Origin: Octopus bimaculoides
Lineage: Eukaryota
NCBI RefSeq assembly: GCF_001194135.2
Contig: NC_068982.1
Coordinates: 105,361,251-105,401,919 of the forward strand
Reading direction: 5' to 3'
Length of the DNA: 40,669 bases
Numbering within the stretch: position 1 is the first letter of the stretch; every line of letters begins with the position of its first letter. This document shows, piece after piece, positions 24,150-36,352 of the stretch. Made by a program: the position numbers and the translations under genes. The notes under the pieces are model-generated. The model did no database searches. It was given only the letters and a program-made list of their open reading frames with translations, and was not told where the DNA came from.

Positions 24150-27120
24150 GACAGAATCCAGGTACTTATGAAAAAAATGGAATAGCTCAAAACACCTTGT
24201 TTTTTCCCCCTGTGTTTGATCTCAAATTCCAGGAATTTGATGCTAAAATGCTCCTCTAGTTTTAACAGAAGTAATACACACTGTTGGTATCACTATAGAT
24301 ACAACTTGCATGCCCGTGACTGTGTACCACATTACACTTCCCAATCAGTTTCTAAGTTACAAGAAAACATGGATGCTAGGTGAATAATGACAACTGCATC
24401 CCCTAGCATCTCTGTAGTAAGTAGTTGCTTATCTTATGCTTTTGATTCTTCCTCAAAATCTTGTTTTCTAGTCAATACTGATGCTGAATGCAGTGTATGG
24501 TCTTCTGTATTTTTTTTTTCATAAGGCATACAGCAGCCAAGAGCAGTTACTTTGCAAGCTGTAAATCATTTAGCAATACCCATTTATGTTGAAAAATCCA
24601 TGATGTTGGACTTTGGGATTTTTGATATAGCTGATTTTATATATCCAATATTTATTGTTTGATTTTCTTCATTATTTTGGTCTCCTAGTAGATCTAAAAT
24701 ATCAAAAATCAATTGATTCTGTGACTAATTTGTGGATACATAGTATTACTACTATGATTAGTCCTCTTTTCTTTGTCACTTTTACATATAACAATTGTAA
24801 TGCTTTTCTTAGTCAATTTCCAAACGTCACTGGTCCTCCCTCAGCTCATCATAGATGCCTTGCTTCAGTCTGACTGAAAATTGCTAAAGAGGAATTTAGA
24901 CACATGCTGCAGCTCAGTATTATCTGACCATTCCCTGGTAATTGGACTTCTCTTCTACATATGGTAACCCTAAAAATGCTTTTCTGGTACCATATGTAGG
25001 TAATTGGCATCTCTGTAGGGACTACAAGATGTTAAATTCCAGAATAGTGTTGGATATGTATCTTATTTCTCACATTCATGATTTCTTATCTACTCTAAAT
25101 GGTGCTATGGTTTTTTTCTTTTGAATGCATGAACTAAATAGATTTAGTTCATGCATATAGCCAGATTCTAACAGAGACTAGTGACAGTCATAAGACAGCT
25201 ATCATCACATCTTATGGACAGTATAAATTTGCTATTAATACCTTTTGGGCTCAAGAATTCTGTGAATTCCTTCCAAACATTTGTTGATGAAGTAACTAGT
25301 GGTTTGAATTTTGTTTTGTTTATATCAATGACTTGTTGATTATTAGTAATTCAGAATTGGAGCATAAACATAATCTAAGTCATTTCTTCACTAGATTAGT
25401 ACATTACAAAACGATCATTAACCCTAGTAAATATCTTTTTAGTGTTTCATCTTTTTCTGGCCATAGCATTGATAGCAATGGTATTCACCCAGTAACAGAA
25501 AAGGTTGACACAGTCGTGTAGTTTCTTTGTCCCACTTCAGTGTGAAAATTACATGAATTTCTCAGAAGTTTCATTCCACATTGTACTGAAATGATAAACC
25601 CTTTAACTGAATTGTTAATCTAATCAGAAAAGGGAAAGTGGGAACTTTCTTTTAACACTGGAAGAATAACAATAATTTAACTTGATTAAAGTGAAATCCA
25701 AGGCCACTCTATTACCCCTCTTTATACCAGATGCACATCTTTCTCTACTAGTGGATGCTTCTGATGTTGGCATTAATGGTATTTTACAATAAATTATTCA
25801 GGATTCCTGGCAACTTTTGAAATTTGTCAAAATTAGATATAGCATTTTCAGTCAGGAATTATTAGCAGCATATTTATCTAAGAATTTTGATTATTTTCTG
25901 GAAGGAAGGAACTTTGTCATAAATACTGACCAAAGGCCATTAAGTTTTGCTCTTCAATCTAAATTGGAAAAACATTCTCCAAAGGAAATTAGGCACCTTG
26001 ACCTTGTATTGCATTTTACTGCTGATATTTGTGATATCAAAAGTGTGAATAGCGGCACAGATGATGCTTTATCCTGAGTCCATATGAATTCTTACTCCAG
26101 TCAGTGATTCTATTAACTTGCAAAAAATTCCTATAGACTAAGAATCAACTGAAGAACTATTAGAATTAAAGAACACTTATGATCTTTAGAATTCTGTCTT
26201 GTTCTTCTGTCTGCTTCTGTGAAGCATATTTGGTGTGATATTTCTACTGGTCATAAAATAATCTTTTGTGCCTGTTAAACAGATATTTAGTCTTTCCTGC
26301 TCTTCACAATGTATCTCATTTGAGAGTTGCAGAATCAGAAAAACTTATTTCAGCTTGTTTCATTTGACTAATTATGAAAAGAAGTGTTTATTAATAGGCT
26401 AGAAATTGTGTGTCAGAAAGCCAAAGTTCATTGCTAAATTAGAGCTTCTCTAGGAACTTTCATTAAGTCAGATGCTTGTTTTTCAACACATACTGATAAA
26501 TATTATTGGACCATTATCTCCTGCTCTGGTCTATATCTATCTGTTGACTTGTACTGATCATTTCTCTAGGTTGTCTAGAGCAATTCCAATTAGACATATT
26601 TTATCTGCCATAGCAGCAAAAGCATTGCTTTTCCACCAGATTTTGCATTTTGGAAATCTGGTGACAATAGCAATCAACAGACACTGGCAATTTTAATATT
26701 GTCTGCTGGATATCAAGAGGATTTATACTACACTTATCATCATGCAGTGAATGGAATGATAGACCATTTCTACTGCCAACTTATCTAAAGCATAAGACAA
26801 CAGAGATATCTTCCTATTATACTACTAGATATCAGATTGGCAATTAAAATATGCCTTAGTGATATTTCAGTTGAGCTTCTTTATGGCATAACAATAACCC
26901 TTCCTGGACAGATGGTATTTGGAGATTTCAATATGTGCCACAATCTGCCCAGTTATGTACATCACCCATGGCAGTGTATGTCCAAGTTACCAAAATCACT
27001 GCCCAGGCAGCAAAGAGTTAAGACTTACATTACAACTGACATTACCACATGGTTTCAGTTGCTTGCTATATTAAAGTATATTCTACCAGATGTAGTTGGT
27101 GTCTTGTTAGGGTATCTGTA
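24150..27120 (+). mobile_element. Decayed Ty3/Gypsy gag-pol (Gag C-terminus, PR, RT, RNase H, IN); LTRs not identified
   Basis: CWYHYRY (Gag end, about 24283); FLVNTDAECSV (protease); IAKEEFRHMLQL, DYKMLNS, ISHIHDF, DLVHAYSQI, PFGLKNS, VYINDLLI (RT); LVDASDVG, ELLAAY, FLEGRNFVINTDQRPL (RNase H); INIIGPL, YLLTCTDHFSR (IN). Domain order is Gypsy; many stops and frameshifts. Confidence 0.93.
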
Positions 27121-27509
27121 ATAACTGAAAATATCGTTGAAGATTTTATGTTTGGCAAGCTGTAAAAACTCAGAAATTCCTCATTGACTGCGAAACATGT
27201 GCCAATCCAATACATAGCTTGTTCTTTGTTAGATTAATTGGTTTATGCATCAACAATATTTGCAAAATGCTTCATGCCTTCTTAACTGAGCAAAACCAGT
27301 CATTACAGAACAGAAAACGTTTTGTATACAGAGGCTTATGTTGTACAGAGTTAAAATAAAGAAAAAGAAGCATAGTAGAGTGTGAAAGGAAATTGGTGGT
27401 CTGTAGCTTCTTAACTTGAGGTGTAACCAGAAGATTTGAATCACTTTTCTTTCTCAGTTGTATTAGCATAGACAATGATTCTGCAATATTTTCTTGCATT
27501 AAGGCAATG

Positions 27510-27700
27510 ATGTGGCAGAATTGTGAGAACGCTGGGCATTTTGTCTGCCTTTACACTCTGCGTTCAAATTCTACTGTGGTTGACTTTGCCTTTCATTCTT
27601 TCAGAGTCGATAAAACAAATACCAGTTGAGCACAGGTCAATGTAACTCACCATCTCCCCCCAAATTGCTGGCCTTGTGCTAAAATTTGAAACCAATATTT
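27510..27700 (+). mobile_element. SINE family B
   Basis: tggcagaattg...gcgttcaaattc...ctttcattctttcagagtcgataaaacaaataccagttgag...ggccttgtgctaaaatttgaaacc. Confidence 0.85.
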
Positions 27701-28121
27701 CCTTGCATATTTATTCCTTGTGGGCAAAGGAAGAGCAAACAGCATTTTTTTTTATGTATTTGTGATTTGTTTGCTGCTGTTTTTTTTTTTGTTTTTTTTG
27801 CTGTGTCATCTAACAATTCCCTAACATTATTAAATTTAGGAACCAGCACTTCTAGCTCAATAGCAACACAGTGATATGCAGAGAGTTGAGGTTTCCTCAA
27901 AGTACTGATGACATTTTTTTTTCCAATTATAAAATCCTTTTGTTAAGAAATGCATTTTCTTTCCTACATATTGGATTTTATTATCTTCCTACATGTTTTA
28001 TTTCCTCATTATATGCTTTAAAAAAATGACAATATGCATGGTTAGGGATTTGGTTATAATGAGTTGAAATATTGTTCCCTGTTGCTAAATGTCAGCTTGA
28101 TTTGTTTCAATAATAATAATA

Positions 28122-28336
28122 ACGAACTGGCAGAAATGTCAGCACACTCAGCGAAATGCTTAGTGGCATTTCGTCTGTCTTTACGTTTTGAGTTCAAATT
28201 CTGCCAAGGTTGACTTTGCCTTTTCATCCTTTCGGGGTCGATAAATTAAGTACCAGTTGCATACTGGGGTCGATCTAATCAACTGGCTACCTACCCCAAA
28301 ATTCTGGGCCTTGTGCTTAGAGTAGAAAAGAATAAT
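28122..28336 (+). mobile_element. Full-length SINE family B
   Basis: gaactggcagaaatg head, GAGTTCAAATTC B box, TCATCCTTTCGGGGTCGATAAATTAAGTACCAG core, (AAT)n tail. Confidence 0.88.
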
Positions 28337-28488
28337 AATGGCAAAATAAGGTAGAGCAATTTTATTGACTGGTTGTGTGAATGTTGATTGAGATAATGAA
28401 ACTGAAATCCCTATTACAGAAATGACTTTACTAAAAGTCACTGATTGCATTTGTAATTGTATTTCTAGTGACATCTTATAGCAGACGA

Positions 28489-28882
28489 CTGTTATATGTT
28501 CAATGTCCGGAGTTTTATCCACGCATGCGCAGGGACTAGTTCCGGAAGGAATACAGGAAGAGTCTCATGCGCATGCGTAGAGTTTGACACCCAGCTTTGG
28601 CGCCTTTTCTCAGTCTCTTCGTTGACTGATCTCCGTCGAGTCAAGACGTCCAACAGAGCTCTCTCACATGTCAGCACCAGAGCTTCACAAATAACCACGG
28701 AAATCATTCAGGAGGCGTCTCAGTAACCGAGGGCGACGAGCTACCGAATTCCCTCCAAGCGTGAACTGAATTCCACTGTAAATAAATATTGTTATGTTGT
28801 TCAGAATCTGCGTTCCATTGTTTCTTCAAGAAATTTAATGTACGGAAGCGGTGTACACCTAATGGTGTATAACCACTTTCCT
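28489..28882. other. CpG-rich 0.4-kb island: solo-LTR-like or promoter-like
   Basis: Begins TGTTATA and ends CCTACA; AATAAA near 28781; two GCATGCG (NRF1-type) motifs and CCGGAAG/CGGAAG (ETS-type). No matching TSD found. Confidence 0.35.
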
Positions 28883-28920
28883 ACATATTGTTTCAATCAT
28901 GCTGGGACACCATCCTGAGG

Positions 28921-28955
<35 letters not shown>

Positions 28956-29091
28956 CAGCAATAACAGCAGCAACAGCAGTGATACCAGCAGCAACAGCAC
29001 CAGTGACGGGGCCTGCAGTGGTGACAACAGCATCAGTAGTGATAATGACAACAACAGCTGTAGCACCAACAGTATAGGGATAGAAATGCAG

Positions 29092-29440
29092 AAATATGTG
29101 GGGGTCTTCAGGTGGTTTGTTCAAGCATCATCTTAACAATCACAGGTCTTCTTTAGGATACCAGAGAGATGCAACATCGGTGTTTCTGGCTAGCTATGTA
29201 TGACATTTAAAAGAGGAGGGTACACCATACATAATTAAATGGCGGCTTCTAGAACAACTGGAGCCATACTACAACTAAAACAAATGGTGTAAGTTTTGTT
29301 TTGTTGAACGATCAAGAATCCTGATAAACTCACTTGACTCAGGGGCCTTTTAAACTTCAAAACAGAAATGTTTAGTCAGTGCCCTCATGAGAGGAAATTT
29401 GTGTTCGAAACATGGAATTCGACATTTGCCGACAAGGTAA
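29092..29440 (+). mobile_element. Penelope-like element GIY-YIG endonuclease C-terminal fragment
   Basis: KYVG...HHLNNHRSS...LASYV*HLKEEG...IKWRLL...WCKFCFVE...LNFKTEMFSQCPHERKF matches the PLE pattern LS.YIW.LK...W.I...C.LC..EK...LN...E....C.H..K. Confidence 0.75.
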
Positions 29441-29569
29441 ATGCTGCTATCTTCAGACATCTTTGGCAGGTATGTCATAGACATAAGTGGAAATGATATA
29501 AGGGGGATAACTACCTCATCCAAGGTTTTAACAGAAGTGTTTCGTTCCAAAGTTTGTTCATAAAATTAA

Positions 29570-29680
29570 CTGACCATGTTTTCCTCCCTCCAGTTGTAGA
29601 GGTTATGTGCCTCCAGTCATTTGAGTCTAATATATCACTGATACAGTTAAGAGCTTTATAGGTGCAAAACCAATGGTGAC
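29570..29680. repeat. Unclassified repeat; inverted copy at about 34460-34575
   Basis: The reverse complement ...gactggaggcacataacctctacaactggagg... matches ggctggaggcacataacctctctatacaactggagg near 34520. Confidence 0.7.
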
Positions 29681-29714
29681 TCTGACCAGCCATAACAAAC
29701 AACCTTCTAAGATA

Positions 29715-29892
29715 TATGTATATACACACACTCATGTAGATATGTATATACAATGGGATTCCTTCAGATTTCATCTACCAAATCCATTCAAAGGGCTTTG
29801 GTTGGGTCAAGGCTATAGTGGAAGGAACTTACTCAATATACCACACAGTATGACTGAACCAGAAACCATGTGGTTGGGAAGTAAATTTCTTT
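29715..29892 (-). mobile_element. SINE family A 5' half
   Basis: tttcatctaccaaatccattcaaagggctttggttgg...gaaccagaaaccatgtggttgg. Confidence 0.8.
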
Positions 29893-30013
29893 GAATTGAC
29901 AAATTAAAGATTTTAATTCATTCACACCTTTTAGTTATCATGAATACACTTAACCTTCTGTTGTGGGAGTGAGTTTGGAACAGACAATTAGATTATAATA
30001 TGATATTCCTATG

Positions 30014-30893
30014 TATGAGGTGCATGCAAAAAGTGTTCAAATTTATGTTTTTGTCAGAACTAATGCCAAGTGGGTAAAATCCTTTGGGTGGGAGGTGATG
30101 CCACCCTTCTTGTAGGCCACGTCAGTTTCTAGCTGTTAAGCCTAGAGTATAAATGAACAGTGCATACATGTTGGATTTTTGCTTTCATGCAAGATAACCG
30201 AATGCATCACGCAGAGACCACGAAACCATGTTTCACCACAAGTGACGATAGTCTTCATGAAATCTGCATCATGATTTGCACAATTCAGCATGTCCTAAGT
30301 GATTTTCACGTGGAGTTGCTTCTGCTGCTCTGCTAGCACCTTTGGGATGAATTTCTCTAATACTCTCTGCCTGCTCAAACCTCTGTTAAAATGGAATACA
30401 CTAATCCTGTGCTTATTTCCTCTTTATGAACAATTTCCTGGATTGTTATATGATGGTCTTCCATGACTATTCACCAAACCTTCTCAATTGGCTTCTAGTT
30501 TCAGTTTGTGGATAGCTTACCTGAAGATGCCCTGCTCTCCACTGAGGTGCAGCCATGTTTGAGGTTGTACAACTCTTTGATCTGAATTTTGCCCATGGCA
30601 TCATCACTAAAGCCCTGTTGAATCTTCTAAATTGTTTGAACTTGAATATCACAAAGCTTTTGGCAAAAATTAATGCAGTATCTCTGGTCAATGCATTCGG
30701 TAAAAATGAATGTTCACTACATGTCTGTACTCTAGGTATCCCAGTTGGGAACTCTTGTGGACTATTGGCACAAAAATGTTCACACATGTGCAGAAAGGGT
30801 GGCATCACCTTTCACTCAAGGGATTTTTCCCATGTGGCATTAATTTTGATGGGAAAAAAAATAAAGTCAGATACTTTTTAAATGCACCTCATA
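30014..30893 (-). mobile_element. Internally deleted Tc1/mariner (mariner-type) element with both TIRs
   Basis: TIRs TATGAGGTGCATGCAAAAAGT / ACTTTTTAAATGCACCTCATA with TA at both ends. Minus-strand transposase: QRYCINFCQKL...DDAMGKIQIKE...SSGKLST...VMEDHHITIQEI...KFIPKVL...FMKTIVTCGETW. The remaining catalytic domain is missing. Confidence 0.92.
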
Positions 30894-33151
30894 TGTGGAA
30901 GGAGCACACAGACTATCATACATCCTTTTCACTTGATTCCTCCTCAGAACAATATATTCTTGAATATTGTAGTCATGTTGAATAGATCCATATGTAAGGT
31001 TTGTGAGGAGATATAACTCACATTCTCTTGCAGTTTTTAATGTTTCATAAAAAATTCTACTGGCTACTCTTTAAATGATAATGTTTACAAAATTCTGACT
31101 ATAATCTGTATTTGATTATATTATACTGTAATTATTAATTTACCATACGAAAACAACTTTTCATGTAAATAAATAATTCAGGTTTGAAAAAATAAATTGA
31201 TAAACAAACAGAAAAAAGATCGGTGTTCCCAACAGAAATAAAAATTAATAATAAAGCAAAATTATGAACAAACCTTGAAAGAGCCATTTAATAACAAAGT
31301 TGTTAAATTCATTTTCAGTTTAAATTGTTTCAAGAGGTGACAACTACAACTTGGCGACTAGCACAATTCTACATTTCTGCAGTAATTTTGGCACCTCATA
31401 GAAAAAAGTTTAAACTTAGATTAAAATTTTACAGTTTTATATGTTAAGTACTCTTTTATGATGTAGTTCCTTCAGTTTAACACATTGTCTCAGATCAGGT
31501 CACTTGCTATGTACACCAATATAAAGAGGTTAATTGAGACAAACAAATTATATTATGTTCTTCCTTACTTGTGTATGCAAAGAAGATGGATACCACTTTG
31601 GAATTTCACACAAATAAAATTGAGAGATATGGTTGCTATTTCAAACAGGATGATGTATAATCAAAAGAGCTTTTTTATACTGCGGATGGAGATTTGAACC
31701 AATGAAATGGAAAGTGATGACTGATAATAACAAGTGGCCTGGGAAAAAGTGAGTGATGACTGATAGTACAAAAAAATTGAAGATACATGTATTGGGTACA
31801 AAGAGATCTGATGAAGTCTGTTGTACATAGACCTTATAATAGTTATGAGTGGTAGAGGGATGAGGTTGGCGGTAAGGATTTTGACTGTGGATAGGTCCTG
31901 TCTTATGTCTCATTATACAAGTTGCATGAATGATGGGAAGATGACTGATAGGGAGATGAGTTGCAGGGAAATGAGTAAGGGAGATGCCTTTCCCATTATA
32001 GCCATGTTCATCTCTCTGACTGACATGAGAACGTTGACTGCAATATGCTATTATCGTATACAGAGGAGTAATCTCTCTTGTTTGATATAACAGGAACCAC
32101 TCATATATTCCTATAGCTAAACTGACTTTGGAAATCTTGTGGCCAGAGGAGACATCGTTTATATCAGATACATATATATAAGAGAAGAGATAGATAGAGA
32201 TAGATAGAGAGAGAGGGAGAGAGAGAAAGAGAGAGGGAGAGAGAGAGAGAGAGAGAGAGAGAAAGGTGGGGATATATTTATAAACTCAGTTGTTTCTTTT
32301 TAGGTCGATGTGAAGAGTGGGGGAGGACATGTTTCTATAGGAACCAAAATCTAATGATGACTAATTTATTGAGTTGTTATTGATTCTTGTTAGCATGAAA
32401 TTTTGGAAGGAAATTTGCTTTTTTCATCATAAACATGGTGACATTTTCCCTGATGCACTGATAACAACATTAATCCCTGCAGATGTGTACATCAGCATGC
32501 ATCTGCACTACATGAAATAAACGCATTCATATTATAGGTACGTAGATGTGCTGTGGAAGTCTAAAATGTGGGGACTTTTTCCAAAAACATGTTTGGTGCA
32601 TTCATGTATCGATATTACACAGACACACATGCACAAATGTACATACATACATTCATACATACATACATCTATAAATACGTATGTACATACATACATACAC
32701 TCTTACATACATATGTCGATAAATACATACATCTATAAATACATACAGACATACATACACACACATATATATGCACACATACATACATGTGTACATAGCT
32801 ACATTGAACTTTCCCGTATATATACACATACCATGGATACATATGTTTGTGTGTGTATGTATATATACTGTATATATATTAATGTTTGTTTTTTTTATGT
32901 CTACTTAAATATAAAAACAATTTAACGTTAAACTGAAGCATTACTCAATAGTTTTTAGTAGAGCACCTGTTTATTAAATTTTTACAAAAAGTTGGGTGAC
33001 AGTAACTTTAAAGTTTTAGCCTATTAATCTTCAATATATATATCTAAATATATCTATCTGTCTGTCTGTCTATTTTGTCTGTCTGTCTATATTGTCTGTC
33101 TGTCTATATTGTCTGTCTGTCTGCCTGCCTGCCTGCCTGTCAGTCTATCTA

Positions 33152-33235
<84 letters not shown>

Positions 33236-33430
33236 TCTATTTATCTATCTATCTCTATGTTTCTCTCTCTCTCTATATATATATATACATATATCTCATG
33301 TTATGCTAAGATGCGGTGCATGGTAACAGGATTTTCAACTTGAGTCAAATATAACACTCCAAATCATTGTTAGAGTATCCGCATAAGTGGAGTGAAGAAC
33401 AGCTAGTTTGTATTGACATCGAGTCATGTT

Positions 33431-33637
33431 AGTTTTGATAACGAAGTCAACCCAAGTAGTGATATTTTGAAATCATTCAATACATATATTTCAGGTTTGC
33501 ATTTTATATAATAGGAAAGGCCTTAAGTTTTACTTAATAGATGCACTTTCTACTTACTTTATATTATGCAAACTTGAAACATGCATATTAAATGATTTCA
33601 AAATATCACTATTTGGTTTGACTTCATTATTACAACT
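33431..33637. mobile_element. Foldback (palindromic) MITE-like element
   Basis: Arms of about 72 bp; ATAACGAAGTCAACCCAAGTAGTGATATTTTGAAATCATT... pairs with its inverse with about 9 mismatches in 65 bp. Confidence 0.75.
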
Positions 33638-33959
33638 GCGTGTATGTGTGAGTGTATGTATGTGTGTATGTGTATGTGTGTCCATATGTGTGCGTGTATG
33701 TGCATGAGTGTGTGTATGTGAGTGTGTGTGTGTGTGTGTGTGCATGTGCATGCATGTTTTTGTGTTTGTGTGTGTGTGTGTGTGATACATGTGCACATAG
33801 ATATATGCATACAAACCTGCAGTCTAATATGCATACTTACATTTCATCATCTAGTTCATGTGTCCCATCATCCACAATCATTAGCATTCTTGATTATTAT
33901 TATTATCACCTTCATCATCAATTATCCTCCACTTCCTCATTATCATCAACATCATCATC

Positions 33960-34330
33960 ATTATCATTGTCATCATCACCTTTGTTTTGATGCCAATTCA
34001 TTTTGAAATGCTTTCATGTGTCAGTGTGACTGGGTTCCTGGCTATAACATGTCACCACTGCCTTTAACCCTGTCTTCTCTTCTGTAATTAAAGCCTAACT
34101 TCATAAGATCTTCCTTCACCACCATCTCCCTTCATGTCTCACTTTGTTTTCCTCTATCCTGTGTGTCTCTAACTGTCAGCGTATTATGCTTGTTCCTTCA
34201 TTACACATTGCTCGGTTAATGTTCATGGTAACACAGTTGTCTCTCATACATACATTGAGTCATTTCTGTTCCATGTGTCATGTTAGTTTACATTAAGCAT
34301 GTCATACCTGACCATATTCAACTGTGTTTA
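33960..34330 (-). mobile_element. RTE 3' end fragment with (GAT)n tail
   Basis: DRGKQSET*REMVVKEDLMKLG resembles RGRP.KTW.EVVK.DL..LG. Confidence 0.6.
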
Positions 34331-35289
34331 AACAGATTTATATAAACACACATATGTACTCACACACACACACACACACATACATAGATATACATGTACA
34401 TCTATCTATACATGTATAAGAAACTTAAAAGGTTGTTGCTTGTGGCTGGTCAGAGAGTGAGAATTGGTTTCACACCTATAATATTTCTTAGTGGTAAAGG
34501 TGACTTAGCAAACTCAATGGCTGGAGGCACATAACCTCTCTATACAACTGGAGGTAGGAAACAGTCTTGGTCAGCAAGGATTGTAAACAAAATATCCCAA
34601 AATGAAATTCTACTGTTCAACCATTTTTCTGGTTGAGATGGAGTTATCTCTCTTAGATTAGTTCCAGTGGCATTTGAAAAAGGGTCAGCAATGGATGATG
34701 ATTACTTTTCACTAATTGGCAGTGAGGAATTCCATGTTTCCAATTTAAATTTCCTCTGATGAGAGCACTGATTAAAATTCTCTTTTCTGTAGTTTAAGAA
34801 AGTCTCTGGGTTGAGCAAATTCTTCAGGATCTTTGCTCTCTCAGCCAAGCAAAGCTTACATCATTTGTCCCCCATTACAATACAGCCTTGGTTGTTCTAG
34901 GAGTTTCCATTTAATTACATATGGCATACCCTCTTCTTTTAAATGCCATATGTAGCTGACCAAAGATGTAATGTGCCAATCTTGTGATTGTTAAGAGACT
35001 ATGTGAAGGTACCCTCTGTAGACCCAACATATTTCAATGTCTGTGTCCTTGTGCCAGTGGTGCTGCAGCTGTTGTTGTTGCTGCTGTTGTCCTTGCCATT
35101 GCTGTTATTACTGTTGAACACGCTGATGTAGCTGTTGTTTTTGCTGTTGCTGCTGTTAATGCTGGAGGTGCTGCTGGTGTTGTAGTTGTTATTGCCTCCT
35201 TTACCACCATTATTGCTGTTACTGTCGGACACATTGTTGGTGCTGTTATTTCTAGCAGGCTAAATGAACATGTACAGTTCCTTCATTGT

Positions 35290-35510
35290 CCATGTTGTTG
35301 TTTTGCCTCCAAGACAAATTTTATCAAGCAAACCCTATAATCAAAAGACATTCCAACCATTATGATCCTGTCGTTTTTGCTTTCCACAAATGGATTTTCA
35401 AGAATTAAATCATCCAATATGTCCTTTTTTATTGTATGATGTGTGAGCTATTTGGCTGCTATTTCTAGCATTTTGAGCGATTACATAGAAACCTTTTCAT
35501 TGACTGCGAA
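35290..35510 (-). repeat. Unclassified repeat related to 4850-5060
   Basis: gctatttggctgctatttctagc is the reverse complement of the tagaaatagc motif. Confidence 0.45.
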
Positions 35511-35899
35511 CATTATATTGTAGAGTTGTTAGAAACTAGGTACAGTATATTGATTGTTCCACACCAGAAATGAAAAGCATATGTTCTTGATTGTGCTGGA
35601 TATTTCCTGTGTCTGATTTGATAATGTAAGAATAGTGATGACTGCATGGCTTCTGTATCTCCTGATTTCCTGTAACTTTGTTGATGAAGCTGTTAAGGAT
35701 GCCAATAAATTGCTTCAAAAAGTGTATCAGGCTTGTGGTATCAGCTAGCAACTGAAGTGTAGTAATGTGTGTCTGCAATAATTCGACCCTTGTCAATCTT
35801 TCAGTCGCGGACTACAGTAATCAAATATCAAGTAGCCGAATCTGCTGAGGCAGCTTATGCAGCCCTGCAGTATTGAGAAGAGGTACAAGTGGCACATAT

Positions 35900-36030
35900 T
35901 CCAGGCATGGCTGTGTGGTTAAGAAGTCTACTTCCCAGCCACATGAGTTCAGGTTCAGTTCCACTGGGCTGACCAAAACCTTATGAATGAATTTGATTGG
36001 TAGAAACTGACGGAAGCCTGTCACACACAC
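35900..36030 (+). mobile_element. SINE family A 5' part with internal deletion
   Basis: ccaggcatggctgtgtggttaag...caggttcagttccactgggctgaccaaaacc; the CORE-like block is skipped. Confidence 0.75.
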
Positions 36031-36041
36031 ATGTGTATTTA

Positions 36042-36084
<43 letters not shown>

Positions 36085-36086
<2 letters not shown>

Positions 36087-36352
36087 CTATATCCTTCTCC
36101 AGCTGAGCATCCCTAATCTTGTGGGCTCATGGATGCTGGTGCCACATAAATGCACCCATGTCAGTGCTGGGTAAAAGCACCCAATACACTCTGCAAAATA
36201 GTTGGCTTTAAGAAGGGCATCCAGCTGTAGAACCCATGCCAAAACAGACATGGAGCCTGGACAGCTCTTTAGTTGGCCAGCTCCTGTCAAACCGTCCGAC
36301 ATGGAAAATGGTTGTTACCTGAATATGGCAGTGATGATGATGATGATGATGA
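36085..36352 (+). mobile_element. RTE-type 3' UTR repeat ending in (GAT)n
   Basis: aaaagcacccaatacactctg...aagaagggcatccagctgtagaa...ggagcctgg. Confidence 0.7.

Noticed and set aside
31809-31845. CTGATGA followed by a GTCT/AGAC stem
   Set aside because: No GAAA after helix II; not a hammerhead.
34916-34954. 12-bp perfect stem TACATATGGCAT with 15-nt loop
   Set aside because: Too short and AT-rich to distinguish from chance.
34984-35340. Ala/Val-rich 118-aa ORF resembling a membrane protein
   Set aside because: Derived from a degenerate (GCT/GTT)n tract.
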